This document shows, in pieces, positions 27,679-38,839 of a stretch of 64,000 nucleotides of DNA; position 1 is the stretch's first letter; each line of letters starts with the position of its first letter. Location: the NCBI GenBank assembly GCA_048937405.1, contig JBHLNF010000008.1, positions 116,725 through 180,724 on the forward strand. The letters are read 5' to 3'. The position numbers and the translations under genes are program-made. Origin of the DNA: Promethearchaeota archaeon. GTDB taxonomy: Archaea; Asgardarchaeota; Lokiarchaeia; Sigyniarchaeales; SOKP01. The notes under the pieces are model-generated. The model was not told the origin of the DNA, searched no databases, and saw only the letters and a list, made by a program, of their open reading frames with translations.

Positions 27679-29082
27679 ATGCCAGTACCAGTAGTTTTTA
27701 TGCAACTTAGTTCTTGCTGGGGTTGTCATCAGAGTCTATTAAATGCACATTTTGAACTGCTTCCTTTTCTTTCAGAATTAGAAATTGTTAATTGGTCTAC
27801 TATTTTCGATATAAAAGATGAAACTTTAATAGAGAAAGAAGCAGGATCAATAAAAGTTGGGTTCATTGAAGGCGTTGTGAGAACAGAAGTAGATACTTTA
27901 AAAGTTAAATTAATAAGGCAAAAATGTGATATTATTATAGCATTTGGGGCATGTGCAAGTTATGGAAGTATACCAGGGTTAGCTAATTTATATGAGATAG
28001 ATAAGTTAGTAGAAAGAAAATTCAAAGATGTTAAATCTATTTTTGAAACTGACTTAGAGGAAACGAAGTTTAACTTGCCAAAATTTGAGGATTTTATTTA
28101 TAATGTTAAGGATTTAATCCATGTAGATTTATTTATCCCTGGATGTCCGCCTAAAACAGAAAATATTACAGCATTGCTATTATATTTGATAACTCAATTA
28201 AATAATAGTTCTAAAAATCGTAATAGTGCTAAAACTGTATGCGACAACTGTAATCTTTATTCTAATGGTTGCCTTTTAGATCAGGGTAGACTCTGTTTTG
28301 GATCCATAACTGCTTCTGGTTGTGAGTTAATGTGCCCTCATAATTCAAATACTTGCTTTGGCTGTTTCAAATGTACACTTAACCCTAATAGAAAAGTTTC
28401 AGAATTGCAAAAATTAATCATAGATATAGATGATTTAAATGATGAATTAATGAAAGTTTTTCAACATTTTTTGATTTCTTACTTAGGGTTATCTAATCTT
28501 ACAAATTTTTATTTCCGTAAGGACTTATTGCAAAGACTTGCTTACGAACCAGAAAGCTTTACTCAAATAGAAAAAGAAACTAAAAATGGTTTATTACAAA
28601 TGTTAAATGTCAAGCCATCAGGAATTCCTATTATTGATGAAATTATTGGTGCAATTTTATTTCTTTTAAAAAATAGTTCAAGGTTTAAATTTAGCACTAA
28701 AACTGTTTGTAGTCATTGCAATAGAATTATAGTAGATAAAGTTCCCACGAGTTTAAAAAGAGATTATGAAGGACTACCTACTCAAGATAAATGCTTTTTA
28801 GAACAAGGATATCTCTGTTTCGGACTTGTTACTCATGCCGGCTGCGGAACCATATGTCCTAATAAAGCGAATGCTCCATGCTTAGGATGTTATGGTCCGC
28901 CGGTGGGAATCAAAGATCAAGGTCCAAAATTCATAAGTACTTTAGGATCTTTATGTGTAGATCTTGATCCTGAAGAAATCATCAACTCTATTAAGGATCC
29001 AGTAGGTTTATTCAATAGATTTACCCTCGCGGATAGTATTTTAAAACATAAATATTCTGATAAGATATATGAATTACAATAA
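27679..29082 (+). CDS. second extended MvhG/VhuG-like hydrogenase small subunit (no adjacent large subunit)
   Basis: SSCWGC, FIEG, GACASYG and PGCPP; duplicated Fe-S module as in 4917..6242; ATG at 27679 (the ORF track starts at TTG 27664). Confidence 0.85.
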   Translation: MPVPVVFMQLSSCWGCHQSLLNAHFELLPFLSELEIVNWSTIFDIKDETLIEKEAGSIKVGFIEGVVRTEVDTLKVKLIRQKCDIIIAFGACASYGSIPGLANLYEIDKLVERKFKDVKSIFETDLEETKFNLPKFEDFIYNVKDLIHVDLFIPGCPPKTENITALLLYLITQLNNSSKNRNSAKTVCDNCNLYSNGCLLDQGRLCFGSITASGCELMCPHNSNTCFGCFKCTLNPNRKVSELQKLIIDIDDLNDELMKVFQHFLISYLGLSNLTNFYFRKDLLQRLAYEPESFTQIEKETKNGLLQMLNVKPSGIPIIDEIIGAILFLLKNSSRFKFSTKTVCSHCNRIIVDKVPTSLKRDYEGLPTQDKCFLEQGYLCFGLVTHAGCGTICPNKANAPCLGCYGPPVGIKDQGPKFISTLGSLCVDLDPEEIINSIKDPVGLFNRFTLADSILKHKYSDKIYELQ

Positions 29083-29102
29083 AGCCGTTGTATAATGTTT
29101 TT

Positions 29103-29435
29103 TTAGTTATAATTATCAGATTTTCCAAATTTTGTAAAAAAATGCCGAAATTCCATAATTGTGTGAGTATATATCATTCTAAGGTTAGAGTTTTGCATAA
29201 CGCTCCCTACTTTTTCTCTCATTTCTGATTTATAACAATGAATAGAGCATTTCTCGCATGTGGGCTTATTTTCACTATAATGGCAATATTCTAATCTTTT
29301 ATTAGTATATTCGAAAAGTTTTAAACAATCATCATAAAATTGTTTATTAGAATATTGAAGATTTTTAAAGTATATCCTAATCATTGTTAATACAGTTTTT
29401 CTTTCTTTCTCAAAGTTATTATTAAAAGGTCTCAT
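29103..29435 (-). CDS. YgbA / nitrous-oxide-stimulated-promoter family protein, possibly degenerate
   Basis: EKERKTV..MI.IY, RLEYC, KPTCEKCSIHCYK.EMREKV; several usually conserved residues altered. Confidence 0.6.
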   Translation of the reverse strand: MRPFNNNFEKERKTVLTMIRIYFKNLQYSNKQFYDDCLKLFEYTNKRLEYCHYSENKPTCEKCSIHCYKSEMREKVGSVMQNSNLRMIYTHTIMEFRHFFTKFGKSDNYN

Positions 29436-29535
29436 AACAATAACATCAATACTTAAGTAGATTTTGTATTTTGGTTATAATTGAATTTATGAATTTTTCT
29501 TTTATAACCTAAATTCTTATAATTTTTGTTTCTAA

Positions 29536-30597
29536 TTGAGAATTATGAGTGTAAAGAATGAGAGTTCAAATATCATCCGTTTGGCACATGGAGCTGGTGG
29601 TGTTTTACAAGAAGAATTAATAAAATTTATTACAAAAAATATTCCTTTTAAAAAGGTTAATAATGGAATTGGTGTTGAGGAATTAGATGATGGTGCTACA
29701 ATTCCTTTAATTAACTATGAAAAAGAAATAGTTATTACGGCAGATGGTCACACGATTTATCCTCTATTTTTTCCAGGAGGAGATTTGGGATCTTTAAGTG
29801 TATGTGGAACAGTTAATGATCTTTTAATGATGGGAGCAGAACCAATAGCTTTAACATCAATAATAACTATTGAGGAGGGATTTGAATTTGATACCCTCGA
29901 AAAAATTGTTAATTCAATGAATAAAAGCGCAAAAGAAGCGAATATAGCGATTATTGCCGGAGATACAAAAGTAATGCCAAGAGGTAGTTTGAATGAAATG
30001 ATTATAGCAACAACGGGTATTGGGTTTAAAGATAAAACTATTCAAATTTTAGATAATAATTTAAAGCCAGGTGACGAGATTATTCTAACTGGGAGTATTG
30101 GAGATCATGGTACAGCATTAATGGCTTCTCGAGAAGGCTTAAATATATCTACTGATTTAGAATCTGATATTTCACTCTTACTTGATATTTATAATGTATT
30201 AACATTAGATATTAAAAATAATTATATTCATGCTATGAAGGATCCCACACGTGGAGGTTTAGCAGCTGCTTTAAATGATTGGGCAAATAAATCAAATGTT
30301 AGTATTTGGATTAATGAGGAAGATATTCCTATCAAAAAACAAGTTAATGCGATATGTGATATGCTAGGGCTAGATCCCTATAATATAGCTTGCGAGGGTA
30401 GAGCTCTGTTATCAGTTGATAGTAAATATTCGCAAAATATCTTGGAGAAAATAAAATCAACTCGAAATGGAAAAGATGCCAAAATTATTGGAAAAGTCAA
30501 AGTAAAGGAGTCTAAAAAAGTGTTTTTAAAAACAATTGTAGGCGGGACCAGATTTCTAGATATGCCTTTAGGTGAACCAATTCCTCGGATTTGTTGA
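29536..30597 (+). CDS. hypE: hydrogenase maturation protein HypE
   Basis: LAHGAGG, LFFPGGDLG, GDTKV, KDPTRGG and C-terminal PRIC. Confidence 0.97.
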   Translation: MRIMSVKNESSNIIRLAHGAGGVLQEELIKFITKNIPFKKVNNGIGVEELDDGATIPLINYEKEIVITADGHTIYPLFFPGGDLGSLSVCGTVNDLLMMGAEPIALTSIITIEEGFEFDTLEKIVNSMNKSAKEANIAIIAGDTKVMPRGSLNEMIIATTGIGFKDKTIQILDNNLKPGDEIILTGSIGDHGTALMASREGLNISTDLESDISLLLDIYNVLTLDIKNNYIHAMKDPTRGGLAAALNDWANKSNVSIWINEEDIPIKKQVNAICDMLGLDPYNIACEGRALLSVDSKYSQNILEKIKSTRNGKDAKIIGKVKVKESKKVFLKTIVGGTRFLDMPLGEPIPRIC

Positions 30598-30610
30598 TGG
30601 GTGGAAAAAA

Positions 30611-31705
30611 ATGGATATACCAGGATTAGAAATATTGAGAAGTAAGAATTTCACAGATAGAGTTTTAAAATCAATAAGAAATGTATTTAAAGAAATTGGA
30701 AAATCCGTTAAATTTATGCATGTTTGTGGAACACATGAACATACTATTTCCAAATATGGACTCAGAACTCTTTTACCAAAGGATATTGAAATATTATCAG
30801 GTCCAGGGTGCCCAGTGTGCATATGTCCCGCTGCTGATATTGATAAAGCAGTTGAACTTGGAAAACGAAATGATACTATAATCGTAACTTTCGGTGATAT
30901 GATACGAGTTCCTGCATCAAATATATCATTAGCCGAACTTAAGGCAAAAGGTGCCGATATAAGGATTGTATATGGTCCTCATGATGCCATTAAAATTGCC
31001 AGAGAAAATCCAGAAAAGCAAACAATTTTTTTCGCAATTGGATTTGAAACTACTGTTCCATTGATTGGTTATGAATTACAATCAGGACCTCCTTCAAATT
31101 TCTCAATAATTTGTGCTCATAAATTAATACCTGCTGCTTTAGAACTTTTAATGAGTCAATCTAAATTAAATATCGATGGTTTTATTTCTCCTGGTCATGT
31201 ATCAGCTATAATAGGAAAAAAACCTTATGAAATTTTTTCCCAAGGTTATAAAATTCCCAATGTGATATCCGGGTTTGAGCCAAATGATGTATTACTCTCA
31301 ATTTTAATGCTTTTGATACAAGTGCGAGACAAAAAATATGACACTTTAAATGAATATTCTAGAGTCGTAAAACCCGAAGGTAATCTAATTGCTCAAAACA
31401 TAATACATGATGTTTTTAGACCTGTTTCATCACCATGGAGAGGAATCGGGAGAGTTAATGAGGGTGGTTTGGTTATCAGAGAAAAATATAGCGATTTTGA
31501 TGCTGATAAAAAGTTTGATATAAAAATTGAAAAGTCTCAAGATATTCCTCCAGGATGTTCTTGTCATCTTATTATGGTTGGAAAATTATATCCTTATGAA
31601 TGTAAATTATTCAGAAAAGAGTGTACTCCTATCAATCCAATAGGACCATGTATGGTTTCAATGGAAGGGACTTGTAGTATCTATTACAAGTATCATGAGA
31701 AATAG
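30611..31705 (+). CDS. hypD: hydrogenase maturation protein HypD
   Basis: MHVCGTHE, GPGCPVC, GFETT, PGHVS and GPCMVSMEGTC; ATG 30611 is the likely start. Confidence 0.97.
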   Translation: MDIPGLEILRSKNFTDRVLKSIRNVFKEIGKSVKFMHVCGTHEHTISKYGLRTLLPKDIEILSGPGCPVCICPAADIDKAVELGKRNDTIIVTFGDMIRVPASNISLAELKAKGADIRIVYGPHDAIKIARENPEKQTIFFAIGFETTVPLIGYELQSGPPSNFSIICAHKLIPAALELLMSQSKLNIDGFISPGHVSAIIGKKPYEIFSQGYKIPNVISGFEPNDVLLSILMLLIQVRDKKYDTLNEYSRVVKPEGNLIAQNIIHDVFRPVSSPWRGIGRVNEGGLVIREKYSDFDADKKFDIKIEKSQDIPPGCSCHLIMVGKLYPYECKLFRKECTPINPIGPCMVSMEGTCSIYYKYHEK

Positions 31706-31901
31706 TTCTAATATCTCATAATAATATCATTTAATTTTTAATTATTTCTTGAATTATTGAATAAAGGCTTATTGGTTTATAATTGTATATATCCACAATA
31801 ATTAGATAAAAAACATGAAATTTATGCCTTTTTCAATTTTTTTCAATCTTTAATTTAAAAATCAGTTGATTTAAATTTCTTTCAAATTTTAATTTATTTG
31901 A

Positions 31902-34292
31902 ATGGCTGAAAAAACTGTTGAAATTAATATTGATGGTATTGTTCAAGGAGTAGGATTCCGTCCATTTTTATTTAATTTAGCAAGATATTTAGAATTAAAA
32001 GGTTTTATTTTAAACCGAGGAAATGCAGGAGTTCGCCTTATACTTCAAGGAAATGAGGATATATTAAATGAATTTATTGAAAATATAAATAAAAAAGCTC
32101 CTAAAATATCTTATATTGAGAATATAAGCACTAGAGATATAGAAAATCAAAGCAAATATAATGATTTAATAATTAAACCAAGTGAACAAGGCAGGGGTAT
32201 AAGTCTTACATTACCACCAGATGTTGCTATTTGTGATAATTGTTTAAATGAAATGATAAATCAAGATAAAAAAAGATTCTATAGATATCCTTTTATAGCA
32301 TGTGCTCAATGTGGTCCACGTTTTACAACTGTAAACGAATTACCTTATGATAGAGAAAGGACTACAATGAAAAGTTTTCCATTTTGTAATTCATGTCAAA
32401 GTGATTATTCAGACTTTAATAATAGAAGATTTCATGCCCAGACTTTTGCATGTTCTGTTTGCGGTCCAAATTATCAATTATATGACAAGAATAAAACGAA
32501 AATTATAAAATCATCAATACAAGATATTTTGATAGAAGTTACAGATAGAATAAATAATGGTGAAGTAATTGCTATTAAAGGAATTGGTGGCGTTCACTTG
32601 GTATGTCTGGCAAATAACGATGATATAATTTTAGAACTTAGGTCAAGGAAAGGTGGAAGAAAATATAAACCGTTTGCATTAATGATTCCAAATTTGAGAC
32701 TAATCGAAAAAGAATTCAATATCTCTCAAGAAGAGAAAGAAATACTATTATCATTTCGTAGACCAATTGTATTATTGGAACGTAAGGAGAAGATAGAAAC
32801 TTCCATAATAAGTGATTGGGTAGCTCCTGGACTAAACAATGTAGGGTTCATGCTTCCATATACGGGGATTCATTATTTATTATTTGATTTAATCGGGAAT
32901 AAACCCTTGGTTTACACAAGTGGTAATAGATCAAATATTCCAATGGGAATTGATAATAATACAATTTTTGAGCAACTAAAAGAACTAGCTGATGTATTTT
33001 TATTGCACAATCGAGAGATTTATCAAAGAGCTGATGATAGTGTTTTAAGAGTTCATGATAATAAGATAAAATTAATTAGAAGATCAAGAGGTTTTGTTCC
33101 AGAATATTTACCTTTACCATTTGAAGTAGATCTAACTGGAGCATTAGCTGTGGGGCCTGAACTAGCAGTTACCGGAGCAATTTTACGCAAAAATCGAATA
33201 TTTCCTACTCAACATATTGGAAATGTTACTCACTTAGAAACTTATAATTTTCTAAAAGATGCTCTGTTTCATATGAAGGATCTCTTACAAGTTAAGAATT
33301 CTGAATTAGAATTTATTGTCTGTGATGCTCATCCTGCTTTTATAACAACAAAATTAGGTAAAGATTTAGCAAGTCAATTTAAAATTCCTTTATACTCAGT
33401 ACAGCATCATTACGCCCATATTTTAAGTCTTATGGTAGAAAATGAAATTGAATTAGATGAAAAAATTATAGGTATAAGTACTGATGGTGTTGGGTATGGA
33501 GATGATGGTAATATTTGGGGTGGAGAAATTTTGCTTTCTTCATATAATGATTATAAACGTCTAGGATCATTACAATATCAACCGATGGTAGGAGGAGATC
33601 GTTGTACAAAATATCCTGCTAGGATGGCAGCTTCTATCATACTTAATACTTTAAGTGTGGATGAATCTTTAAGAATCTTCAAAAAAATAGCGTTGCAAAA
33701 TGATTTAGAATATAAAGGAAAAGAATTGAAAACTTTAGTTTCTCAATTCAATAATGCCAATAAAAAATTTCCATCAGAAAATATTCCTTTATCGAGTTCA
33801 ACGGGGAGAATATTTGATACAGTGTCTTATCTTTTAGGAGCATCGAAAATTAAAACATATAGAGGAGAACCCGCAATGAGACTCGAAAGTTTAGCTTCAA
33901 AAGGAACTCCAAATAATATAAATTTTAAAATTGAATCTTATAAAAAAAATGGATTACATATAATTGATACATCAAAAATAATATTTGATATCCTTACTTT
34001 GCTTGAAAATTCAAAAAATGAACGAAGGGATATTGCAGCAAAATTTCAAATTGAAATAGGAAATGCATTTACAGAAGTTGCCATCGAAGTTGCTAAAGAA
34101 AACCAAATAGAGTATATAGGATTAACTGGCGGTGTAGCATATAATTACTCGTTTTCCGAAATTATTAAAGAAAAAGTGAATAGTGAAGGTTTTATTTTTT
34201 TAGAACATAATTTAATTGCGCCTGGAGATGCTGGTATAAGTACAGGACAATTAATTGGTGGATTATTTCAACATTTCAAGAATGATTATTAA
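31902..34292 (+). CDS. hypF: carbamoyltransferase HypF
   Basis: GIVQGVGFRPF acylphosphatase domain, two Zn fingers, QHHYAH, DGVGYG and PGDAGIS.GQ. Confidence 0.97.
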   Translation: MAEKTVEINIDGIVQGVGFRPFLFNLARYLELKGFILNRGNAGVRLILQGNEDILNEFIENINKKAPKISYIENISTRDIENQSKYNDLIIKPSEQGRGISLTLPPDVAICDNCLNEMINQDKKRFYRYPFIACAQCGPRFTTVNELPYDRERTTMKSFPFCNSCQSDYSDFNNRRFHAQTFACSVCGPNYQLYDKNKTKIIKSSIQDILIEVTDRINNGEVIAIKGIGGVHLVCLANNDDIILELRSRKGGRKYKPFALMIPNLRLIEKEFNISQEEKEILLSFRRPIVLLERKEKIETSIISDWVAPGLNNVGFMLPYTGIHYLLFDLIGNKPLVYTSGNRSNIPMGIDNNTIFEQLKELADVFLLHNREIYQRADDSVLRVHDNKIKLIRRSRGFVPEYLPLPFEVDLTGALAVGPELAVTGAILRKNRIFPTQHIGNVTHLETYNFLKDALFHMKDLLQVKNSELEFIVCDAHPAFITTKLGKDLASQFKIPLYSVQHHYAHILSLMVENEIELDEKIIGISTDGVGYGDDGNIWGGEILLSSYNDYKRLGSLQYQPMVGGDRCTKYPARMAASIILNTLSVDESLRIFKKIALQNDLEYKGKELKTLVSQFNNANKKFPSENIPLSSSTGRIFDTVSYLLGASKIKTYRGEPAMRLESLASKGTPNNINFKIESYKKNGLHIIDTSKIIFDILTLLENSKNERRDIAAKFQIEIGNAFTEVAIEVAKENQIEYIGLTGGVAYNYSFSEIIKEKVNSEGFIFLEHNLIAPGDAGISTGQLIGGLFQHFKNDY

Positions 34293-34480
34293 TCTTACTA
34301 TAAATAAACAAATAAAAAGCCTTTTATCATCTTGATAAAACCATAGAAATCAATAATACATATTTTTGCATTGATTTTGAAATATACTAGAAATTCTAAG
34401 ATCTAATTAAAGCTATTAAATTATCTAAAGAATAATTTTTCTCTTATTGCTGGGTTGGGTTAGAATAGAATGTAAAAAAA

Positions 34481-36004
34481 TTAATTTCTGCTTTTTACAA
34501 TAGAATCTTCTAATTCTGCTAATTTTTGAATAGATTTGAGGGGATATTTACCTGTCAAACATGCTAGGCATAATTCATTTTTAGTTTTTCTAATAGCTTG
34601 AGTTAAATTATCTATTGTTTGATATACCAATGAATCTGATCCGATAACTTGTTGAATCGCTTTTATATAATTATCGCCATGCTGAAATTGAAGCCTTCCC
34701 GCAATTAATTCATTCGTTGTAGGAAAGTCAATTCCCATATAGCATGGGCTAATAATTGGAGGGCAACTTACTCTTAAATGTACATGTTTTGCTCCTCCTT
34801 TTTCTCTTAATAATGATACTATTTGCTGAGTTGTCGTTCCTCTCACAATCGAATCATCTAATAAAATAACGTCTTTATCTTTAACAATATTCTTTATAGG
34901 ATTTAATTTCTCTTTTACTGCAATTTTGCGTCTTGATTGACTAGGCATAATAAATGTTCTATGTACATATCGATTTTTCATTAATCCTTCAATATAAGGA
35001 AGTTTTGCTTCTTTAGCATAACCTACAGCAACACTTCGACCCGAATCCGGAACTGGAACCACAATTGCATTTTTATATATCTCAGGATTTTTCAAAATAG
35101 GATCATTCTTAGCTAAATTCATACCTAATTGTAATCTCGCTTCTGCTACTGAAATTCCATCAATAATAGAATCAGGTCTTGCGAAGTAGACATATTCAAA
35201 TTGACATATAGCTGTTCTGTTAATTTTTATTTCATATTCGGAATGAATATCTTTCTGATGACTCAAATGTACAATTTCTCCTGGTTTTACATCTCTTAAA
35301 AAGAAACCTCCAACCGTATCAATCGCACAAGATTCAGATGCAACAAAGTAGAGATTTCTTTGTTCAGTTTTTAATTCTCCTATACATAAAGGTTTAAATC
35401 CTAATGGATCTCTAATAGCATAAATATCACCCTCTGATGTCATCAATATTAAAGAATAAGAACCATCCAATAATTTACTAGCTAGTTTAAGGACTTCGGG
35501 CCAATTTTCAGTTCCTAATGCAATTGATCCAATTAATTGAGCCAAAACTTCAGTATCAGTATTAGTGATAAAAACACGTCCCATCTCATCCATTTTCTTT
35601 TTAATTTCATCAAAATTAGCTATTGTTCCATTAAAAGCCATAGAAAATTCAATTTCATTGTTTTTAAAATGAAATGGTTGCATATAGAGAGACGATTTAA
35701 ATCCTACAGCACCAGTTGTCGCATATCTGGTATGTCCAATACCTACATTTCCCCAATATTGTGAAATAATTTTTTCATTTAATACCTTAGAAACTAAACC
35801 ATTCTTTTTATACGTAAATATTCTTCCACCAGTTTTTAAGAGAGAGATTCCTGTAGATTCTTGTCCCCGATGCTGTAAGGCGATTAATCCTCTATATAAA
35901 TAATTTGAGACTGAATATCCAAGATCATCACATGTTACACCAAAAATGGCACAATACTCTCTTGGTTTTTCTCTAATTTGTTTTATTCTTTTTTTAAATT
36001 GCAT
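34481..36004 (-). CDS. purF: amidophosphoribosyltransferase
   Basis: REYCAIFG propeptide/Cys, LQHRGQES, CQFEYVYFARPDS, DDSIVRGTT and CLACLTG. Confidence 0.97.
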   Translation of the reverse strand: MQFKKRIKQIREKPREYCAIFGVTCDDLGYSVSNYLYRGLIALQHRGQESTGISLLKTGGRIFTYKKNGLVSKVLNEKIISQYWGNVGIGHTRYATTGAVGFKSSLYMQPFHFKNNEIEFSMAFNGTIANFDEIKKKMDEMGRVFITNTDTEVLAQLIGSIALGTENWPEVLKLASKLLDGSYSLILMTSEGDIYAIRDPLGFKPLCIGELKTEQRNLYFVASESCAIDTVGGFFLRDVKPGEIVHLSHQKDIHSEYEIKINRTAICQFEYVYFARPDSIIDGISVAEARLQLGMNLAKNDPILKNPEIYKNAIVVPVPDSGRSVAVGYAKEAKLPYIEGLMKNRYVHRTFIMPSQSRRKIAVKEKLNPIKNIVKDKDVILLDDSIVRGTTTQQIVSLLREKGGAKHVHLRVSCPPIISPCYMGIDFPTTNELIAGRLQFQHGDNYIKAIQQVIGSDSLVYQTIDNLTQAIRKTKNELCLACLTGKYPLKSIQKLAELEDSIVKSRN

Positions 36005-36112
36005 AATTTTAGATATATTTAGAGAATCAGTTTTAATATCTTCAATTAATTTAAATCATATAAAATTTTTAATTATTAGTTTAATAGTACATTAATTTTT
36101 TTACTGAATAAA

Positions 36113-36781
36113 GTGTCAAAAATAAGTAATTATTCTAAGTCTATAGCAATAACTATTTTAATTGGAGGTAAGAGTACTCGATTTGGGAATGATAAAGGAC
36201 TATTCGAATTTAATAATAAATCTTTAATATCATATCAATTAGACACATTGAAACAAGGGAATTTTGATATTTTTCTGGTTGCTCATTCATCAAAACAAGT
36301 TCAAAATTATATTGATAATATTGATATATCTCAAATTATGGCATTTATTATTGATACTGATTTTTTTATCGCAGATTCAAGTAAGCGAACTCCATTATTA
36401 GGAATTTATTCTGGATTTAAAGAATTACTTAATCTTGGATATCAAAAATCTCTTGTATTACCATGTGATATACCTCTAATTAATCTTGATTTTGTTAAGT
36501 TATTAATAACAGAATCTTTAGAATATGATTGTTGTATTCCTATTTGGGAAAATAATCTTTTAGAGCCATTAATTGCAGTATATTCTATTGAAAAAACCTT
36601 GATAAAAGCAGAAAAGAATCTTAAAGAAGAAAATTTCAAATTGATTAATTTATTGGATGATGAATGGAATATCAAATATCTTTCTATTGAGAGAGTTATC
36701 TCAAGAATAGATAAGGGATTATTCTCATTTATTAATATAAATGAACAATCTGATTTAATAAAATTAAAAAAAAATTTTTAA
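36113..36781 (+). CDS. mobA: molybdenum cofactor guanylyltransferase MobA-like
   Basis: GGKSTRFGNDKG, PLLGIYSG, LPCDIP, EPLIAVY and FININ. Confidence 0.85.
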   Translation: MSKISNYSKSIAITILIGGKSTRFGNDKGLFEFNNKSLISYQLDTLKQGNFDIFLVAHSSKQVQNYIDNIDISQIMAFIIDTDFFIADSSKRTPLLGIYSGFKELLNLGYQKSLVLPCDIPLINLDFVKLLITESLEYDCCIPIWENNLLEPLIAVYSIEKTLIKAEKNLKEENFKLINLLDDEWNIKYLSIERVISRIDKGLFSFININEQSDLIKLKKNF

Positions 36782-36812
36782 AAAAATATATAAAAATTTT
36801 TGAATAACGCTT

Positions 36813-37304
36813 TTAAAATCCTTCTGGACCCATTATTCCTCCAATTAGACCTAAGACTCCACCACCTAGCATAAGATAAGTTCCAAGTGAAATCTCAATA
36901 AAATCTCCACCACCAAGAGGGAGATCAAAAGGAATAATGTTCTCCACTAACGCTTCATCATACGCAAATACTCCAACATATTTGCCAATTTCTGTTATGT
37001 CTAAGATATCAAAGCCAACAAGGATAAAGTATACCGCAAATACAATTGCTAATATACCTCCAATTATACTAGGTACTCGACTCTTTACCCCTAATATAAT
37101 CAAAACTCCTGAAAGCATAACAACAATGAAAACAATTGTTAATATAATAACGTCCATATCAGCATTTTCAAAAATGTCTCCTATATTTTGGAATAATCCA
37201 ATATAATAATAGTAATATATTGCATCCGAGGCAAATGATAGTAGAAATGTGGTTGCAAGTGTTATTATACCTCCAATGATACATAAGATTTTTCCAGCAC
37301 CCAT
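36813..37304 (-). CDS. small 4-TM membrane protein
   Basis: 163 aa hydrophobic, Gly-rich TM helices. Confidence 0.8.
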   Translation of the reverse strand: MGAGKILCIIGGIITLATTFLLSFASDAIYYYYYIGLFQNIGDIFENADMDVIILTIVFIVVMLSGVLIILGVKSRVPSIIGGILAIVFAVYFILVGFDILDITEIGKYVGVFAYDEALVENIIPFDLPLGGGDFIEISLGTYLMLGGGVLGLIGGIMGPEGF

Positions 37305-37457
37305 AATTTTACACTTTTCTTTTATTTTTTTTTTTATTTTTTATTTTTAAATTTTAATTTTTAATAATAAATAGATTAATTTATATATATAATCTTATTC
37401 AGTTTTTTGACATTTCAAGAGTAAAATATAAAGTCATGATTTAATGATTCATTTAAG

Positions 37458-37951
37458 TTAGTACTTAAATGATGTAATTATTCCACCTATAAACCCCATT
37501 ATTCCACCATTCAACATAAAATATATCCCATTAGAAACTTTAATATCAGAAGTTTCCCCCCTAATTGATACATCTAAAGGAATAATATCATCTATTAATG
37601 ACTCTTTAGCAAAAACATTAATATATTGACCAAAATTACTTGATACTATATTATATATAGAAAATATAAAATAAATCGTAAAAGTAATTGCTAAGATTGA
37701 TCCTACTATACAAGCTGTTTGATTTTTTACTCCCATTAGAATTAGAATCCCTGAGAGCATGATTATTATGAAGATTAATATCAAGATTATCAGAAACAAA
37801 TCATCAGATTGAAAAACTAAAGCTAAATCTGAGAATAAAACTAAATAATAAAAATTGAGTGCCACATCATAGCATAGGCAAAGGAGAATAAAAACGTTGC
37901 TGTTATTGCTAGTATTCATCCTAAAACACATAAAATTTTCCCAGTTCCCAT
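37458..37951 (-). pseudogene. disrupted tandem paralogue of 36813..37304
   Basis: From ATG 37951 it reads MGTGKILCVLG*ILAITATFLFSFA (paralogue MGAGKILCIIGGIITLATTFLLSFA), with TGA at 37918-37916; homology then continues in the other frame. Confidence 0.8.
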
Positions 37952-38173
37952 GCATTATCATTATAATAGGATTTTTATTAAACTGAGATTATAATAAGAA
38001 ACATAAATATAAATGAAATTTTCCTATTTTATGAATTATCTGATATATGAATAGCTAAATGAAGGATTGCATTATAAATTTAAAAATTTCAATATTGTAT
38101 AAAAAAGTTAAAAATACAAACCGTTCTAGTTAGGAATTTAAGGCAATTATTAATTAATCCAAAAAATAATTCA

Positions 38174-38551
38174 TTACGACTTAATAACCAACTGATTAAC
38201 AATATTCTGAATAATAATTAATAAATTCTGCATTTTGAAGGGTTTTTCTAGAAATTCACTTGCTCCAAGCGATAAAGCTTTTTGTTTTATAGTTATATCG
38301 GCACTCGCAAAAATTATTTTCTCAGTATTATTAATTTCCAAAATTTCTACCATTGCATCTAATCCATTTTTTATTGGCATTCTATGATCCATTAAAATTA
38401 AATCAGGTTTTATATCAAGTTTCTTGTATTTCTTAATAGCATCTTCTCCATTAATTGCTACATCAATAATCTCAAAACCAGCTTCTTTTAATATGAGAGC
38501 ATATAATCTCTGAAGTGACTGATCATCATCAACAATAAAAATTTTGACCAT
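38174..38551 (-). CDS. stand-alone CheY-like response regulator
   Basis: IVDDD, PDLILMDHRMPIKNG and FLEKPF. Confidence 0.93.
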   Translation of the reverse strand: MVKIFIVDDDQSLQRLYALILKEAGFEIIDVAINGEDAIKKYKKLDIKPDLILMDHRMPIKNGLDAMVEILEINNTEKIIFASADITIKQKALSLGASEFLEKPFKMQNLLIIIQNIVNQLVIKS

Positions 38552-38839
38552 TAATTTATACCTATTTATGATTAGAGGTAATCTAGATACTTAATTTCTT
38601 ATCGTGAACCCTTTACGTAATTATGCTATGAGTTAAAATATTCAAAGAAAAACTTTTATTTAAGTTTAGACATATACAAAAAAGTAGTGAATTTTATAGC
38701 AAATGAACTACCATTATCCCTTAAAATTTATAATAAATCTTTATAAAAATAATAGATTCTTTAAATTATTGGAATTATTTCGAATATTATTAATTGCAAA
38801 ATTGTAAAATACTAATAGATATTAACTAGATGAATTACG

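Noticed and set aside
37916-37918. In-frame TGA as possible selenocysteine in the membrane-protein paralogue
   Set aside because: It aligns to Gly rather than Cys, is followed by a frameshift, and no SECIS-like hairpin was seen; this is a pseudogene lesion.
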